DNA of 64,000 bases from Bacteriovoracia bacterium (GCA_050251055.1 JBFWNL010000005.1:192001-256000); one strand, 5' to 3'. Counted from the first letter of the stretch, positions 49,446 through 58,495 are shown. The notes: a model not told the origin generated them from the sequence alone. A program made the numbers and translations.

Positions 49446-49657
49446 GAAAACCGTTCCTTAAAAATCGATTAAATAACCCACTTAAAGGAATCAGACAAGC
49501 CTAGTGAAATACACTGCAGAAAAACCGCCTATTTGCTTAGTTTTTCAAATTGATTTGATACATGCGACCCCCTCCTAAAAATTTGCTCGATTCTAGGTAG
49601 ACTAGGTCAACGGACTGGCGCAGCTCAAAAGTCCTAAAATAAGAGACCCACGTCTGG

Positions 49658-50272
49658 TTAGAGAACAGCATCAACTCTCGTCTGAGTCGCCGCAGTGAAG
49701 TGGAGATAGATCGCCGTTGTCGATGGACTTGCATGCCCCAAAAAACGCTGAACTTCGTGGAGTAAAAAACCACGGTTAAGCAAATGAGTCGCAAAGTGAT
49801 GTCGAAGCCCATGAAAGTTGATTGATCTATTGATACCACAACGTCGTCGCCAAAATGAAAAACGCCTTTCGACGGTGAATCGACTGAAAGGGCGACTTGA
49901 ACGGTTCAGGAACAGCCTCTGTGTTGGTTCAATCGACTGGTTCATTATCGTTGACTTAATTTTCAATAGCTCCGCGATTGCGCTCTTGCCGCGTTTTCCA
50001 AGAGGAATCACCCGTAACTTTGAACCCTTGCCAATGACCTTGATTGAGTTCTCACTAATGTCACCGATTTTTAGATTGCAGATTTCACTTACTCTCATGC
50101 CAGTTAGACTGCCGATTAAGACAAGAAAGAAGTCGTTGACGTGGTGGACTTTCTTTTTGGTTTGGATAGACTGATCCACAAAGGGTCTGATCGTTTTTAA
50201 AAGCAATTGCAGTTCTGATTCGGTCAAAATGCGATCTTCGGTCAACGTATAGTTTCGCGGTTTTTGATTCAT
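49658..50272 (-). CDS. Short tyrosine recombinase (catalytic domain only)
   Basis: TGMRVSE, GKGSK, HGLRH, LGH, TAIY catalytic set; GGAGG RBS. Confidence 0.92.
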   Translation of the reverse strand: MNQKPRNYTLTEDRILTESELQLLLKTIRPFVDQSIQTKKKVHHVNDFFLVLIGSLTGMRVSEICNLKIGDISENSIKVIGKGSKLRVIPLGKRGKSAIAELLKIKSTIMNQSIEPTQRLFLNRSSRPFSRFTVERRFSFWRRRCGINRSINFHGLRHHFATHLLNRGFLLHEVQRFLGHASPSTTAIYLHFTAATQTRVDAVL

Positions 50273-50403
50273 ATTGAGTCCTCCTAGTTCGATAGGTCTC
50301 AAAACTCATTTTATGGACCAAACTGTGACCTGTCCCGCAAAAGGGGATTATGGGCTCATATGGAGATCATGTAGAACTGCGAAGAAAATCAACGACTTCG
50401 AGC

Positions 50404-50437
50404 AAAAGGTCTCAGAATCTCAGTTCTGTGACCTTTT
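50404..50437. other. Palindromic tyrosine-recombinase-type site (14-6-14)
   Basis: AAAAGGTCTCAGAA-TCTCAG-TTCTGTGACCTTTT, one mismatch between arms. Confidence 0.6.
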
Positions 50438-50542
50438 AGATTAGTGACCGTGGACCCTGCGATTTGGTCGTCTTCATAGTCAAACTCCCTGGAGAGGACC
50501 TTGTGGTAGCGGAGGGTGCGAAGTCCCTAGACAGTTCGAGAG

Positions 50543-50950
50543 TCAGTCAAACTTTGGAAGTGACCCATAAGGAATCGGTTCGGGTGTCACTGGGTTTTCC
50601 CTATAACCAAGGATTTTACGAATGTAGTCGTCTCTTCTGAACTGACGTACCTCTTCAGGGTCCAAATCGAAGAGGGACAAAATCGTCCGTAAGTCTCCCA
50701 TTGAAAGTTGCTTTAAGTTGTAGACCGACATTTTCTTTAGGTTCTGCCTAAAGTGCTCACGACGGACCCAGACCAGAAGTCGTTGGGCTTGTACTGATAG
50801 ATTCTTGGCTCCGTTTGGTTTTGCTACTTTCTTCTTGGTCCTATACGGCTCAGATAATGGGTGCGCCGTGACTGCAACAAGAGGCTGAGGCGCATATTCG
50901 ACGACTCTCGAATCGGGTTCTGCGTATCGGCTTCTTACAGGTCGTCTCAA
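50543..50950 (-). CDS. Hypothetical protein
   Basis: 4-nt overlap with the upstream XRE gene; TTG start. Confidence 0.6.
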   Translation of the reverse strand: MRRPVRSRYAEPDSRVVEYAPQPLVAVTAHPLSEPYRTKKKVAKPNGAKNLSVQAQRLLVWVRREHFRQNLKKMSVYNLKQLSMGDLRTILSLFDLDPEEVRQFRRDDYIRKILGYRENPVTPEPIPYGSLPKFD

Positions 50951-51216
50951 GTGATCCCCTCTGCCGAAAAACCAAAGGACCGTCTCACTCGCTCGATTGA
51001 CTCCGTTGGTACGACGAACAGAGCCTCTGGTTTTACCTTGAAGATTCGCGCAAGTTTAATGGCGGTGTCGATTCTAGGAACCGTTATGCCTCTCTCAATC
51101 TTTGAGTACGCCTGCGGTGTCACACCCAGCAAACGAGCAACGTCGGCCTGACTGATTTGAAAGTCTGGATTCCGTTCATTGTAAAACTGACGACATTTAC
51201 GAACTCGATTCTCCAT
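50947..51216 (-). CDS. XRE family HTH regulator
   Basis: SQADVARLLGVTPQAYSKIERG..P. Confidence 0.9.
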   Translation of the reverse strand: MENRVRKCRQFYNERNPDFQISQADVARLLGVTPQAYSKIERGITVPRIDTAIKLARIFKVKPEALFVVPTESIERVRRSFGFSAEGIT

Positions 51217-51598
51217 GAGTCCCCCTTGTGAAAATCATAAACCATTTGATGATGTTTGCCAAATCATAGCACCATCGTCGGATGCGCGAGCACTCGGAGT
51301 CTCTCAACTCACAAAGGCATACCCACTCAATTATTTATTCTTAGTATCTTTGTTATTGGGTAAACGTCCGCAAAGCCGCAATATGAAAACGAAAGATCAA
51401 CTTTTGTTTCACCGTACTCTAGTACAATGAGTGCCAGACCATACCTTTTTTTAAGTTATTTTCTGTATATGTTCAAAATGAGGGAATATGCAGGTAGACG
51501 GGGGAGCGACCATCAACTGTAAGTTGATTTTTGCGCTGTAAGAGCGGGATCGAAATTGGTGAACATTGGTGCAAGTTGCATCAAATGACCAATGGTCT

Positions 51599-52744
51599 TT
51601 ACTGGTTCAGTTTCCGCTCGATCGCTTTGATTCTCTGGCTCAAACTTTTGAAGGCTGCACTTTGAAGTTGTCCGTTCAGGTACATTTGTACCAGTTGTTC
51701 CTTCGCCTCTTCATGCCCGCGATCCATTGCCGTGACTAACCATTGGACCGATTTGACTAAATTCTCTTGAGTTCCTTGGCCTTCAAGGTAACAAATTCCA
51801 ACGAAGTATTGTGAATCGAGATCACCCTTTTCCGCAGCTCGAAGGCTCCATCGAAAGGCCTCAGCATTATTTTTCTCGACGCCATCCCCCCGAGAGTAAA
51901 GTGAACCAAGTAAGCCCATTGCTTCGACATTACCTTTCTGGGCAGCCCTCGTCGCCCAATAGAACGCCTTACCGAAATCTTGCGGCAGTCCGTAGTCAGA
52001 AGATTGATAAGTGACCGCGACCTTAGTCATCGCCGCTACATCGCCACTCTCAGCCTTTTTCAAGTTTACCTTTGCGATCTCTTCGAGTTTTTTGGTCTCA
52101 AAGGCATATTGCTTTTGATGCTCGGTGGGAGCACAACCATACTCTTTCGTTAGAGCTTCTCGATCTTTTACGGTTCCAACTTGCTGTTTGGCCAAGAGAA
52201 CTCCTTGGTCATAGGCTCTGCAGAGATACTGAGCACCCATACGCTTGTCCTTGGCAATACAGTTCGATCCTTGAAAGAGCCAATTTGCTAGATTGAACTG
52301 GTACACTTTGTCACCGCCATCGGCTTTCTTCTGAACTGCACCAAACGATTCGCTTGTGGTGGACCATGCCTTACCGTCCCACCACTTTCTCTCTATGACG
52401 GAGCCGTCTTTACACTTGGGGTCGGACTCAATCGATGCGTCGATAGTTCTTTTGCATAACTTTGCTTCTGCTACATCATCGTCAATTCCTTTTGCCGCTG
52501 CGTAATGCGAGATTACGTCCCTCAATTTACGGGCGTTGCCAACATTGGCCTTCACTAAGGATTGGCAAAGGTCATCTAAGTGTTCATCGTCGTTTGCCAC
52601 TTTACAGGCTATGGATTTTGAGACCATGAGGTTTTTCGAGTTGGCTTCGCAGTACACCTTCAAATCTGAAATGACTTCGGCGGCATCGGTAAACGGGACG
52701 GCAAACAGAATACCGACAATTAAGAAATAACGTGTCTTCATCAT
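51599..52744 (-). CDS. Secreted Sel1-repeat protein
   Basis: Signal peptide; repeats like AAQKGNVEAMGLLGSLY..GDGVEKN. Confidence 0.88.
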   Translation of the reverse strand: MMKTRYFLIVGILFAVPFTDAAEVISDLKVYCEANSKNLMVSKSIACKVANDDEHLDDLCQSLVKANVGNARKLRDVISHYAAAKGIDDDVAEAKLCKRTIDASIESDPKCKDGSVIERKWWDGKAWSTTSESFGAVQKKADGGDKVYQFNLANWLFQGSNCIAKDKRMGAQYLCRAYDQGVLLAKQQVGTVKDREALTKEYGCAPTEHQKQYAFETKKLEEIAKVNLKKAESGDVAAMTKVAVTYQSSDYGLPQDFGKAFYWATRAAQKGNVEAMGLLGSLYSRGDGVEKNNAEAFRWSLRAAEKGDLDSQYFVGICYLEGQGTQENLVKSVQWLVTAMDRGHEEAKEQLVQMYLNGQLQSAAFKSLSQRIKAIERKLNQ

Positions 52745-52836
52745 GTCTGTCTCCCTTTGGACAAAGTCTTCGACGTTCTCTGAACCCGTCTGACATATCG
52801 TCCAACTTTAGCAATAGCAGTAGCTACGCCTCGTTC

Positions 52837-53142
52837 TCACTTTGATCCCCACTGGCGGATCGCCGTCGAATAGCTCGTCAGCTTTTCAAACTCGGACTTC
52901 GGCATCGAGGGGCCGATCTCGTGTAAGATATGAGCAACGGCTTCAAGTATGCTGGTCAAGATTGCCTTGATGTGGGCTTGGTCTTCATCTTGAGATTGCC
53001 ACCGTAGTCTCATTCGCCCCTCGTACAAGTTGAGGTAAAGACCAATGAGCTGCATTGACCTGCGATCGCTGACTTGATTGCGCCGAAGGATTGCATTGAT
53101 CTCATCGAGGTGGTTTTCAAAGCATTGAAACGAGTCACTCAT
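52837..53142 (-). CDS. Hypothetical protein coupled to XRE repressor
   Basis: ATGA overlap with the upstream gene. Confidence 0.65.
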   Translation of the reverse strand: MSDSFQCFENHLDEINAILRRNQVSDRRSMQLIGLYLNLYEGRMRLRWQSQDEDQAHIKAILTSILEAVAHILHEIGPSMPKSEFEKLTSYSTAIRQWGSK

Positions 53143-53486
53143 TGGCCCTTCTTCTTTAGACGTCTTGCGGTAATCTCGAAGAAGCCAGAAAAGTCCGGCT
53201 CGTCTTGCACATCGAAAATTTCCCCAAGTGGAATTTCGCTAAAATCAGTTCGACCTTTTTGTCCGGTCAAGAGCCACTCAAAATCGCATTTGAGAGCGCG
53301 ACAAAGTCTCTGGACCGCAAGAGCATCTGTCGGGTTTACGCCTGAGAGCCAATCACCGACTGTGGACGGAGGCACATCAGCCAGTTCCGCCGCAGCTTTC
53401 TGTGAAATGCCTCGATCCACCAAAACCGATTTGAGGTTTTGAGCAAACGGAGAATTAGATTTATGTTTTCTTACACGATCTCTCAT
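53139..53486 (-). CDS. CI-like XRE repressor
   Basis: ISQKAAAELADVPPSTVGDW...DFEWLLTG. Confidence 0.88.
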   Translation of the reverse strand: MRDRVRKHKSNSPFAQNLKSVLVDRGISQKAAAELADVPPSTVGDWLSGVNPTDALAVQRLCRALKCDFEWLLTGQKGRTDFSEIPLGEIFDVQDEPDFSGFFEITARRLKKKGQ

Positions 53487-53506
53487 TCAAACCTTTTTGA
53501 TACTCG

Positions 53507-53595
53507 TCGGTTCAACCGAACAGAGAACCAAGAGAAATCCGAAACCACGGTTCACGAACCGCGATCTCGGTTTTTCTTGTTCTGAGTTTTCGGTT
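53507..53595. promoter_or_regulatory. Cluster of CGGTT/AACCG palindromes (putative operators)
   Basis: TCGGTT-C-AACCGA (53507-53519), CGGTTC-AC-GAACCG (53548-53561), and a long imperfect inverted repeat around the latter. Confidence 0.55.
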
Positions 53596-53813
53596 TGGCT
53601 TCTTTGGCGGTCAGTTCCCTAGCGAGTTGTCTTAGCTGAAGCGTGACTGCGCCAAGCGTTGACGACAGAAGTTCGAGTTGTCGAGAGGTCGGTAATTTGT
53701 CAGTTTTGTTTTTCATCAAAACGAGGGACTATCCCGCTTCACTTCGACTTGGCTACAAAAAGGCAGTGACTCCGTGGCTCATTTGGATTGCATAGGGATT
53801 TACGATAGAAACA

Positions 53814-54635
53814 CTATTGGGCGGCAATGTACTCAAGAACTCTTTCTCCAAAGGAAGTTATCAGTGCAAAGTCGTTGCCGTTGATCTCTGACTTCGCGTG
53901 AATACAACCCTCTTGAATTAGCTCACTGAAACACGTTCTTGCATGAAAAATCATGGCCTCGTCGGTGACCCCTTTGTTTTTGAGGTATTCCTTGGCAATA
54001 CGAAACGCCCAGTCGTTGGAGATGTCCGGCGCATCTGTTGCATCCATCGTGGTAGGCTTCGAGCGGGCAATGGGCCAGTTATCTTTGTCCTTGAGGATCA
54101 AGAGAGATTTTAAGTCCATACGTGTAATGGTAGTTATCACTGCACGATGCGATTCAAACTCTTCACTTAGGTCGCTTTCAAGAACTCGCCTCAGTGAACT
54201 CGCTAACAATTCAATCGCTTCGGGAGATGGAATTTCAGACACCATCTTCGACTCGATTTTCTTATAGAGTATGTTGCCTCGTGGATCAGCAATTAAGCTG
54301 GCAATACCCACGATAACCCGTTCAATGTCATCGGTTTTATTTAGGTAGGCCTCGAACAGCAGTTCCTTCTTCTTTTTCTCGACTGCCTCATCAATCTTTT
54401 CTTTAGTTTCAAGAATCCTCTTCGCTTTGTCTGCTCCCGGAATCAAGGACACGACCGTATCAACTATAGTTGCGGCGAGTTCCCTACCTTCGATTTCTAA
54501 GTTCTCATTGTTGGTCAATTCGATTGAATGAAGTCGATCTTCCAATGACTTCACAAGAGCCGCTCTTTTTTGAGGCTCAACAACTTCCACTTGAGGTGCC
54601 CGAGTGATCAATGTATTTTCATTTTTTGAACTCAT
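53814..54635 (-). CDS. Hypothetical protein with C-terminal winged-helix-like end (Abi-alpha/DUF4393-like architecture)
   Basis: GGAG RBS; helical N-terminus; ends LIQEGCI...ITSFGERVLEYI. Confidence 0.65.
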   Translation of the reverse strand: MSSKNENTLITRAPQVEVVEPQKRAALVKSLEDRLHSIELTNNENLEIEGRELAATIVDTVVSLIPGADKAKRILETKEKIDEAVEKKKKELLFEAYLNKTDDIERVIVGIASLIADPRGNILYKKIESKMVSEIPSPEAIELLASSLRRVLESDLSEEFESHRAVITTITRMDLKSLLILKDKDNWPIARSKPTTMDATDAPDISNDWAFRIAKEYLKNKGVTDEAMIFHARTCFSELIQEGCIHAKSEINGNDFALITSFGERVLEYIAAQ

Positions 54636-54644
54636 AGCATCTCC

Positions 54645-55124
54645 TTAATCCAATCCTAACAAGTCCCATCGACCCAGATACTTATCATCGGAATCAACAA
54701 ACTTTCTCATGGTGGTATCCTGTCGTGCCTGTCCCTTTTTTCCGGGAGTTTTGAGCCACGTTTGATGATCTCTTTTTATGAACTCGGCAATGACCTTGCT
54801 GGGAACCACATGGAACTCTGGGTACCTCGATTCAGTCCCAAGATTGACAAGAACGTAGAAGAAATTTGATCCGACTAAATCCTCGGCCTTCTTATTAAGA
54901 AGCCAATACTTGCGATAATCCTGGTTACTCTTCACTTGGATCGCTGCCGTTGTTGTAGCGGTCGCATTTGTGGCGAGAATGTCGACTCCCTTTGCATTTC
55001 GTAGCGTGATACATGCGAGATAGCCTCTGCGGCACAACTCGGCCGCCACCGAATATTCTCCGGCAACACCCGAAAGTCCTGATGAAATCTTCGTTGGTTT
55101 CTGAAACTTTGTTTGATGCTTCAT
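54645..55124 (-). CDS. PD-(D/E)xK-type endonuclease-like protein
   Basis: AGEY.VAAEL.RRG...VDILA...IQVKS motif set; ATGA overlap with the ATPase stop. Confidence 0.8.
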   Translation of the reverse strand: MKHQTKFQKPTKISSGLSGVAGEYSVAAELCRRGYLACITLRNAKGVDILATNATATTTAAIQVKSNQDYRKYWLLNKKAEDLVGSNFFYVLVNLGTESRYPEFHVVPSKVIAEFIKRDHQTWLKTPGKKGQARQDTTMRKFVDSDDKYLGRWDLLGLD

Positions 55125-57574
55125 TGCTTGGGCCTTAGATTGAAGTTGATGGTGCCACACTCACATCGAACTGTTTCGGGTTGCCCCTTAATGGGCGATA
55201 CATAAAGCCATGCTTTGCACCCCCCACACTGGAGGGTTGCTATCAGAGCTTTGAACGCATCAAGAACCTTACGGAACTCGGGAGGCGAAAGATTGACCCA
55301 CTCGTTGTAGTGAACCGACGCATTGACCGCCCATTGTTCAGCGTTTGTAGCCGTATACTTACTACCGAAGTCTGAACTCAGTGCCGACACCTTTTCAACC
55401 ACGTCCTTCTGATTCCAAGAATTTGCTGCGGCATTGGCTTTCTTAAAGATGTCTTTGATTCGACCAGCTACCGCTGGCATTAAATCACCCAGTTCGTAAT
55501 TTGCAGTTGGCCGAGCTTCGACGGTAGCCCTTAGTTTGAAAGATAACTCTGCCATCAAAAACTCAAGGTAACGACGAAGGGTTCCAGCAGCGTCCGTAAC
55601 CTTGCTTTCTCCTAGGTCTTTTTCAATTTCAGTCCACACTTCGCCCATGTCCCATGCTGCCGGGCCGTCAGCCACAGTCCATTTCCTGAAATGAAGAAGA
55701 TTTTTGTTAGTCACAACACCTTCGAGACTTAGCTGTTTGCCCCAAACTTCATCGTGCGTAGTAATGATGAGCTGCACACTCTGAAATTCAGTCTTCAATA
55801 ACTTGCAAACCTCACGGCGGTGGCTTGAATCGACGGACATCAACACATCGTCCAGAAGGCATAGCGAGAAGGACTCTCCAAGTAGTCTTTTCGACAATGC
55901 TAAATAAAGGCAAAGGCCCATTCCATCTTGGTGGCCTTCGCTGTGATAGGCATTGGGCGGGAATTGTCCACGACCATAGAAATCAACTTCAAAATTGAGC
56001 GAGCCATCAGTGGGACTCAGCTTTGCCGAAAATCCCGCCTCGTCATCGCTGTTCAACATTTGATAGTAGCGGGCGAAATCCTTCTCAACCTGACTGTACA
56101 AAGTAGTTAGCGTTTTTTCGCTTACATTCGTAAAGTGAGCAAGAGTAGCTGTCGCAATCGCCGCTCGTTTCTTTTGGACATCATGCTCTGACCGAGCACT
56201 ACGAAATAAGCGAAGTCTTTCATCCGCGAGAACAAGGTATTGTTTGGCACCCTCTTCCGCAGTCAAATCCGGCAACTTATTTACTTCGGCCTCTAGGGTG
56301 TCCAAAAACCTTTTGGTGGTATCAGCGATACACGATTGAAGACCATTGAAGGCGTTCTTTGCACCGGCTAAGTTTTCAACCGGTCTCAACAACGACGCTT
56401 CTAAGTCACGAAGTTGAGATGCAGCTTCTTTAAGAGCCTTTTCGACTTCAACCAGACCGAGAGTTTGAGCAACAGTCGTGAGTTGTTCAAAATCTGAGGC
56501 ATTAGTACGAATTACCTGGACGGTTTCTGTTGCTGCTTTTTCGATGGCAGACTTTACTGCGGCAGCCTGTTGCCCCTTCTTGATCTTTTCTTGAAGGTGC
56601 GTGCGGAGATCACCCTGATCCCATTCTTCGTCACAAAGAGGACAACTATCATTTACGATTTTCAATAGGCCTTGCTCAAAAAATGTTTGCTGACTGAGAC
56701 TTTGCAAGATTTCTGGATTCGACTCCAGGCTTATAATTGCATCAGAACCTTGCTTTTTTACGACCGAAGTTTTTCCCCAAGGTTTATCCAAATTAGTTTT
56801 CAGCTTTGACACTCGCACAGAGCAATCCGTTTTTGAAATCGTCCGTTTTTTTTCTTTCGAGTCGGAAGCAATGCCATCACTGACTTTGACATCAGCCGTA
56901 ACATCGCTCAAAGCCGAAAGGCCGAGCAGTATTCGACGCTCGTTGACCGACTTTAATAGAGCCTCCTTTGTGAGTTCGGGGAGTTTGAGGTGAGCAAGCA
57001 AGTCGGCTTTAGCCTTCGAGTGAGATGCGTCAGCGGCTTTTTCTTCACGAGCTGCAGTATTACTTGCCGTCTGCAGGCTCGCTCGTATTTTTCCGATGGA
57101 GTCTAATTTTAGGAGTTCTTGAACCTCTTTAGCTCTTTGGCCTGGCTCAGTTAAGATGAATCTCAAAATCTCTTTTCTCGAAAGCGAAAACTCGGGATGG
57201 GAAGTAATGAATTGAAGAGCCGCCTTAGTCTCAAGAGTTTCGGGAGTTACCGTTGGTTTATTGTGAGCAGCGACGGTGCGCTCGACTGAAAACTTCGTTC
57301 CAGAAGGAAGGGACAAGTCCAGCACAACACGACACTTTTCTGGTGCGTCCTTACAATCGACATGAGGAGCATGACTCTTTACTGATACACCCGATGATCC
57401 TACCCCTGTCAGCCGTGTAATTGTGCCAGTTAGACCAAATTCGATCGCGTCGATAACTCCGCTTTTGCCACTTCCATTGGGACCTTTAATTACTAAGCTC
57501 TGTCCCCCAATAGGAATTTGAAGTTTTCTTATACCTCTGAAGTTCTCGATAAGAATTGATTCCACCTTAATCAC
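55121..57574 (-). CDS. Rad50/SMC-like ABC ATPase with zinc hook, HEPN-like C-terminal region and Zn ribbon
   Basis: ENFRGI, Walker A GPNGSGKS, CPLC hook in coiled coil, SEGH signature, LLDDV..SVD, TTHD, LRRYLE...NASVH, CGGC...CEC. Confidence 0.88.
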   Translation of the reverse strand: MIKVESILIENFRGIRKLQIPIGGQSLVIKGPNGSGKSGVIDAIEFGLTGTITRLTGVGSSGVSVKSHAPHVDCKDAPEKCRVVLDLSLPSGTKFSVERTVAAHNKPTVTPETLETKAALQFITSHPEFSLSRKEILRFILTEPGQRAKEVQELLKLDSIGKIRASLQTASNTAAREEKAADASHSKAKADLLAHLKLPELTKEALLKSVNERRILLGLSALSDVTADVKVSDGIASDSKEKKRTISKTDCSVRVSKLKTNLDKPWGKTSVVKKQGSDAIISLESNPEILQSLSQQTFFEQGLLKIVNDSCPLCDEEWDQGDLRTHLQEKIKKGQQAAAVKSAIEKAATETVQVIRTNASDFEQLTTVAQTLGLVEVEKALKEAASQLRDLEASLLRPVENLAGAKNAFNGLQSCIADTTKRFLDTLEAEVNKLPDLTAEEGAKQYLVLADERLRLFRSARSEHDVQKKRAAIATATLAHFTNVSEKTLTTLYSQVEKDFARYYQMLNSDDEAGFSAKLSPTDGSLNFEVDFYGRGQFPPNAYHSEGHQDGMGLCLYLALSKRLLGESFSLCLLDDVLMSVDSSHRREVCKLLKTEFQSVQLIITTHDEVWGKQLSLEGVVTNKNLLHFRKWTVADGPAAWDMGEVWTEIEKDLGESKVTDAAGTLRRYLEFLMAELSFKLRATVEARPTANYELGDLMPAVAGRIKDIFKKANAAANSWNQKDVVEKVSALSSDFGSKYTATNAEQWAVNASVHYNEWVNLSPPEFRKVLDAFKALIATLQCGGCKAWLYVSPIKGQPETVRCECGTINFNLRPKQ

Positions 57575-57753
57575 GAAACCTCCGGTGTGGAGGCAAAAAT
57601 GACTTTTAATTCAGCTGGCGTAATCGAAGATTTGGTCTCGAAGTGCTTTTTCAAAAGATCAACGACATGGTTTGGTACGGCATCATCAGCCACCAGGTCC
57701 TTAAAGAACTGAGCTAAAATTTCTTCGACAAGTGCGGAATTTTCTTCTTTCAC
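57571..57753 (-). CDS. 60-aa helical protein coupled to the ATPase
   Basis: 4-nt overlaps on both sides; GAGG upstream. Confidence 0.65.
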   Translation of the reverse strand: MKEENSALVEEILAQFFKDLVADDAVPNHVVDLLKKHFETKSSITPAELKVIFASTPEVS

Positions 57754-58403
57754 TGTATGACCTCAGCTAATGCGGCAGGAATCACCATGTTGCCGTTCTT
57801 GTCTCGAACCACTTTGCGAGATCGGGCATGGCTCATATAGATTGTGCACATTCCAATTTGAGTTTTTTCCCCTTCGACTATTTCAGGAATCGTACGTTTG
57901 ATGCCAAACAAGTAAAAGCCATGAGCTTCTAGCCCTTGAATCTCTTGAGAAAGTTGAAACTCAATTTTCAATCTTTTTACCGGGTCAGCATCATGCCATC
58001 TAACTATGTCCGCTTTTATGTGGGTGACGATGTCTGCCATAGCATTCACAGCCCGGATATCGTCGGCCCCATCGTGCTCTACTTGAAACCGGTACGCACC
58101 CTCGAAAATGTTAGTCAAATCTCTACCCGTAGTGAGTCGTGGCAACAGGTGTACCTTTTTTTGCGGGATCATTTTTTCTTGAGACTTAGAGGTCGGGTTC
58201 AGTTGCTTGACATCCATTCCAAATGCTTGGGCAACCCCCATCAATGTTTCAAATGATGCAGTCCCATCTTTCTCTAGCCTTTGTATTGTACGAAGGTTGA
58301 CGCCAGCGACCTCTGCAAGCTGCCTCTGCGGCCATGCACGTTCTTCGCGTTCCTTTTTTACGAGTTTTGCTCTTCCAATATTTTTTGCCATTGTTTCTTC
58401 CAT
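57750..58403 (-). CDS. XRE HTH regulator with extra C-terminal domain
   Basis: WPQRQLAEVAGVNLRTIQRLE HTH followed by a domain of about 130 aa. Confidence 0.88.
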   Translation of the reverse strand: MEETMAKNIGRAKLVKKEREERAWPQRQLAEVAGVNLRTIQRLEKDGTASFETLMGVAQAFGMDVKQLNPTSKSQEKMIPQKKVHLLPRLTTGRDLTNIFEGAYRFQVEHDGADDIRAVNAMADIVTHIKADIVRWHDADPVKRLKIEFQLSQEIQGLEAHGFYLFGIKRTIPEIVEGEKTQIGMCTIYMSHARSRKVVRDKNGNMVIPAALAEVIQ

Positions 58404-58457
58404 ACCGGTTCCTTTCGTTTTTCAAAAGAAAATAACCGGTTTGCCAAAAAGGTGTTA

Positions 58458-58495
58458 CGACACGACGACGACAGTTATGCGACAGTATTATGACT
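58458..58495. promoter_or_regulatory. Phased direct repeats (CGACA x3 plus TGACT, 11-bp period)
   Basis: Repeats start at 58458, 58469, 58480, 58491, about 55 bp upstream of the XRE gene. Confidence 0.6.

Noticed and set aside
53814-58403. Calling the operon Lamassu, RloC or SbcCD outright
   Set aside because: No SbcD/Mre11 phosphoesterase is present, and gene order and domains do not clearly fit the named systems without HMM evidence
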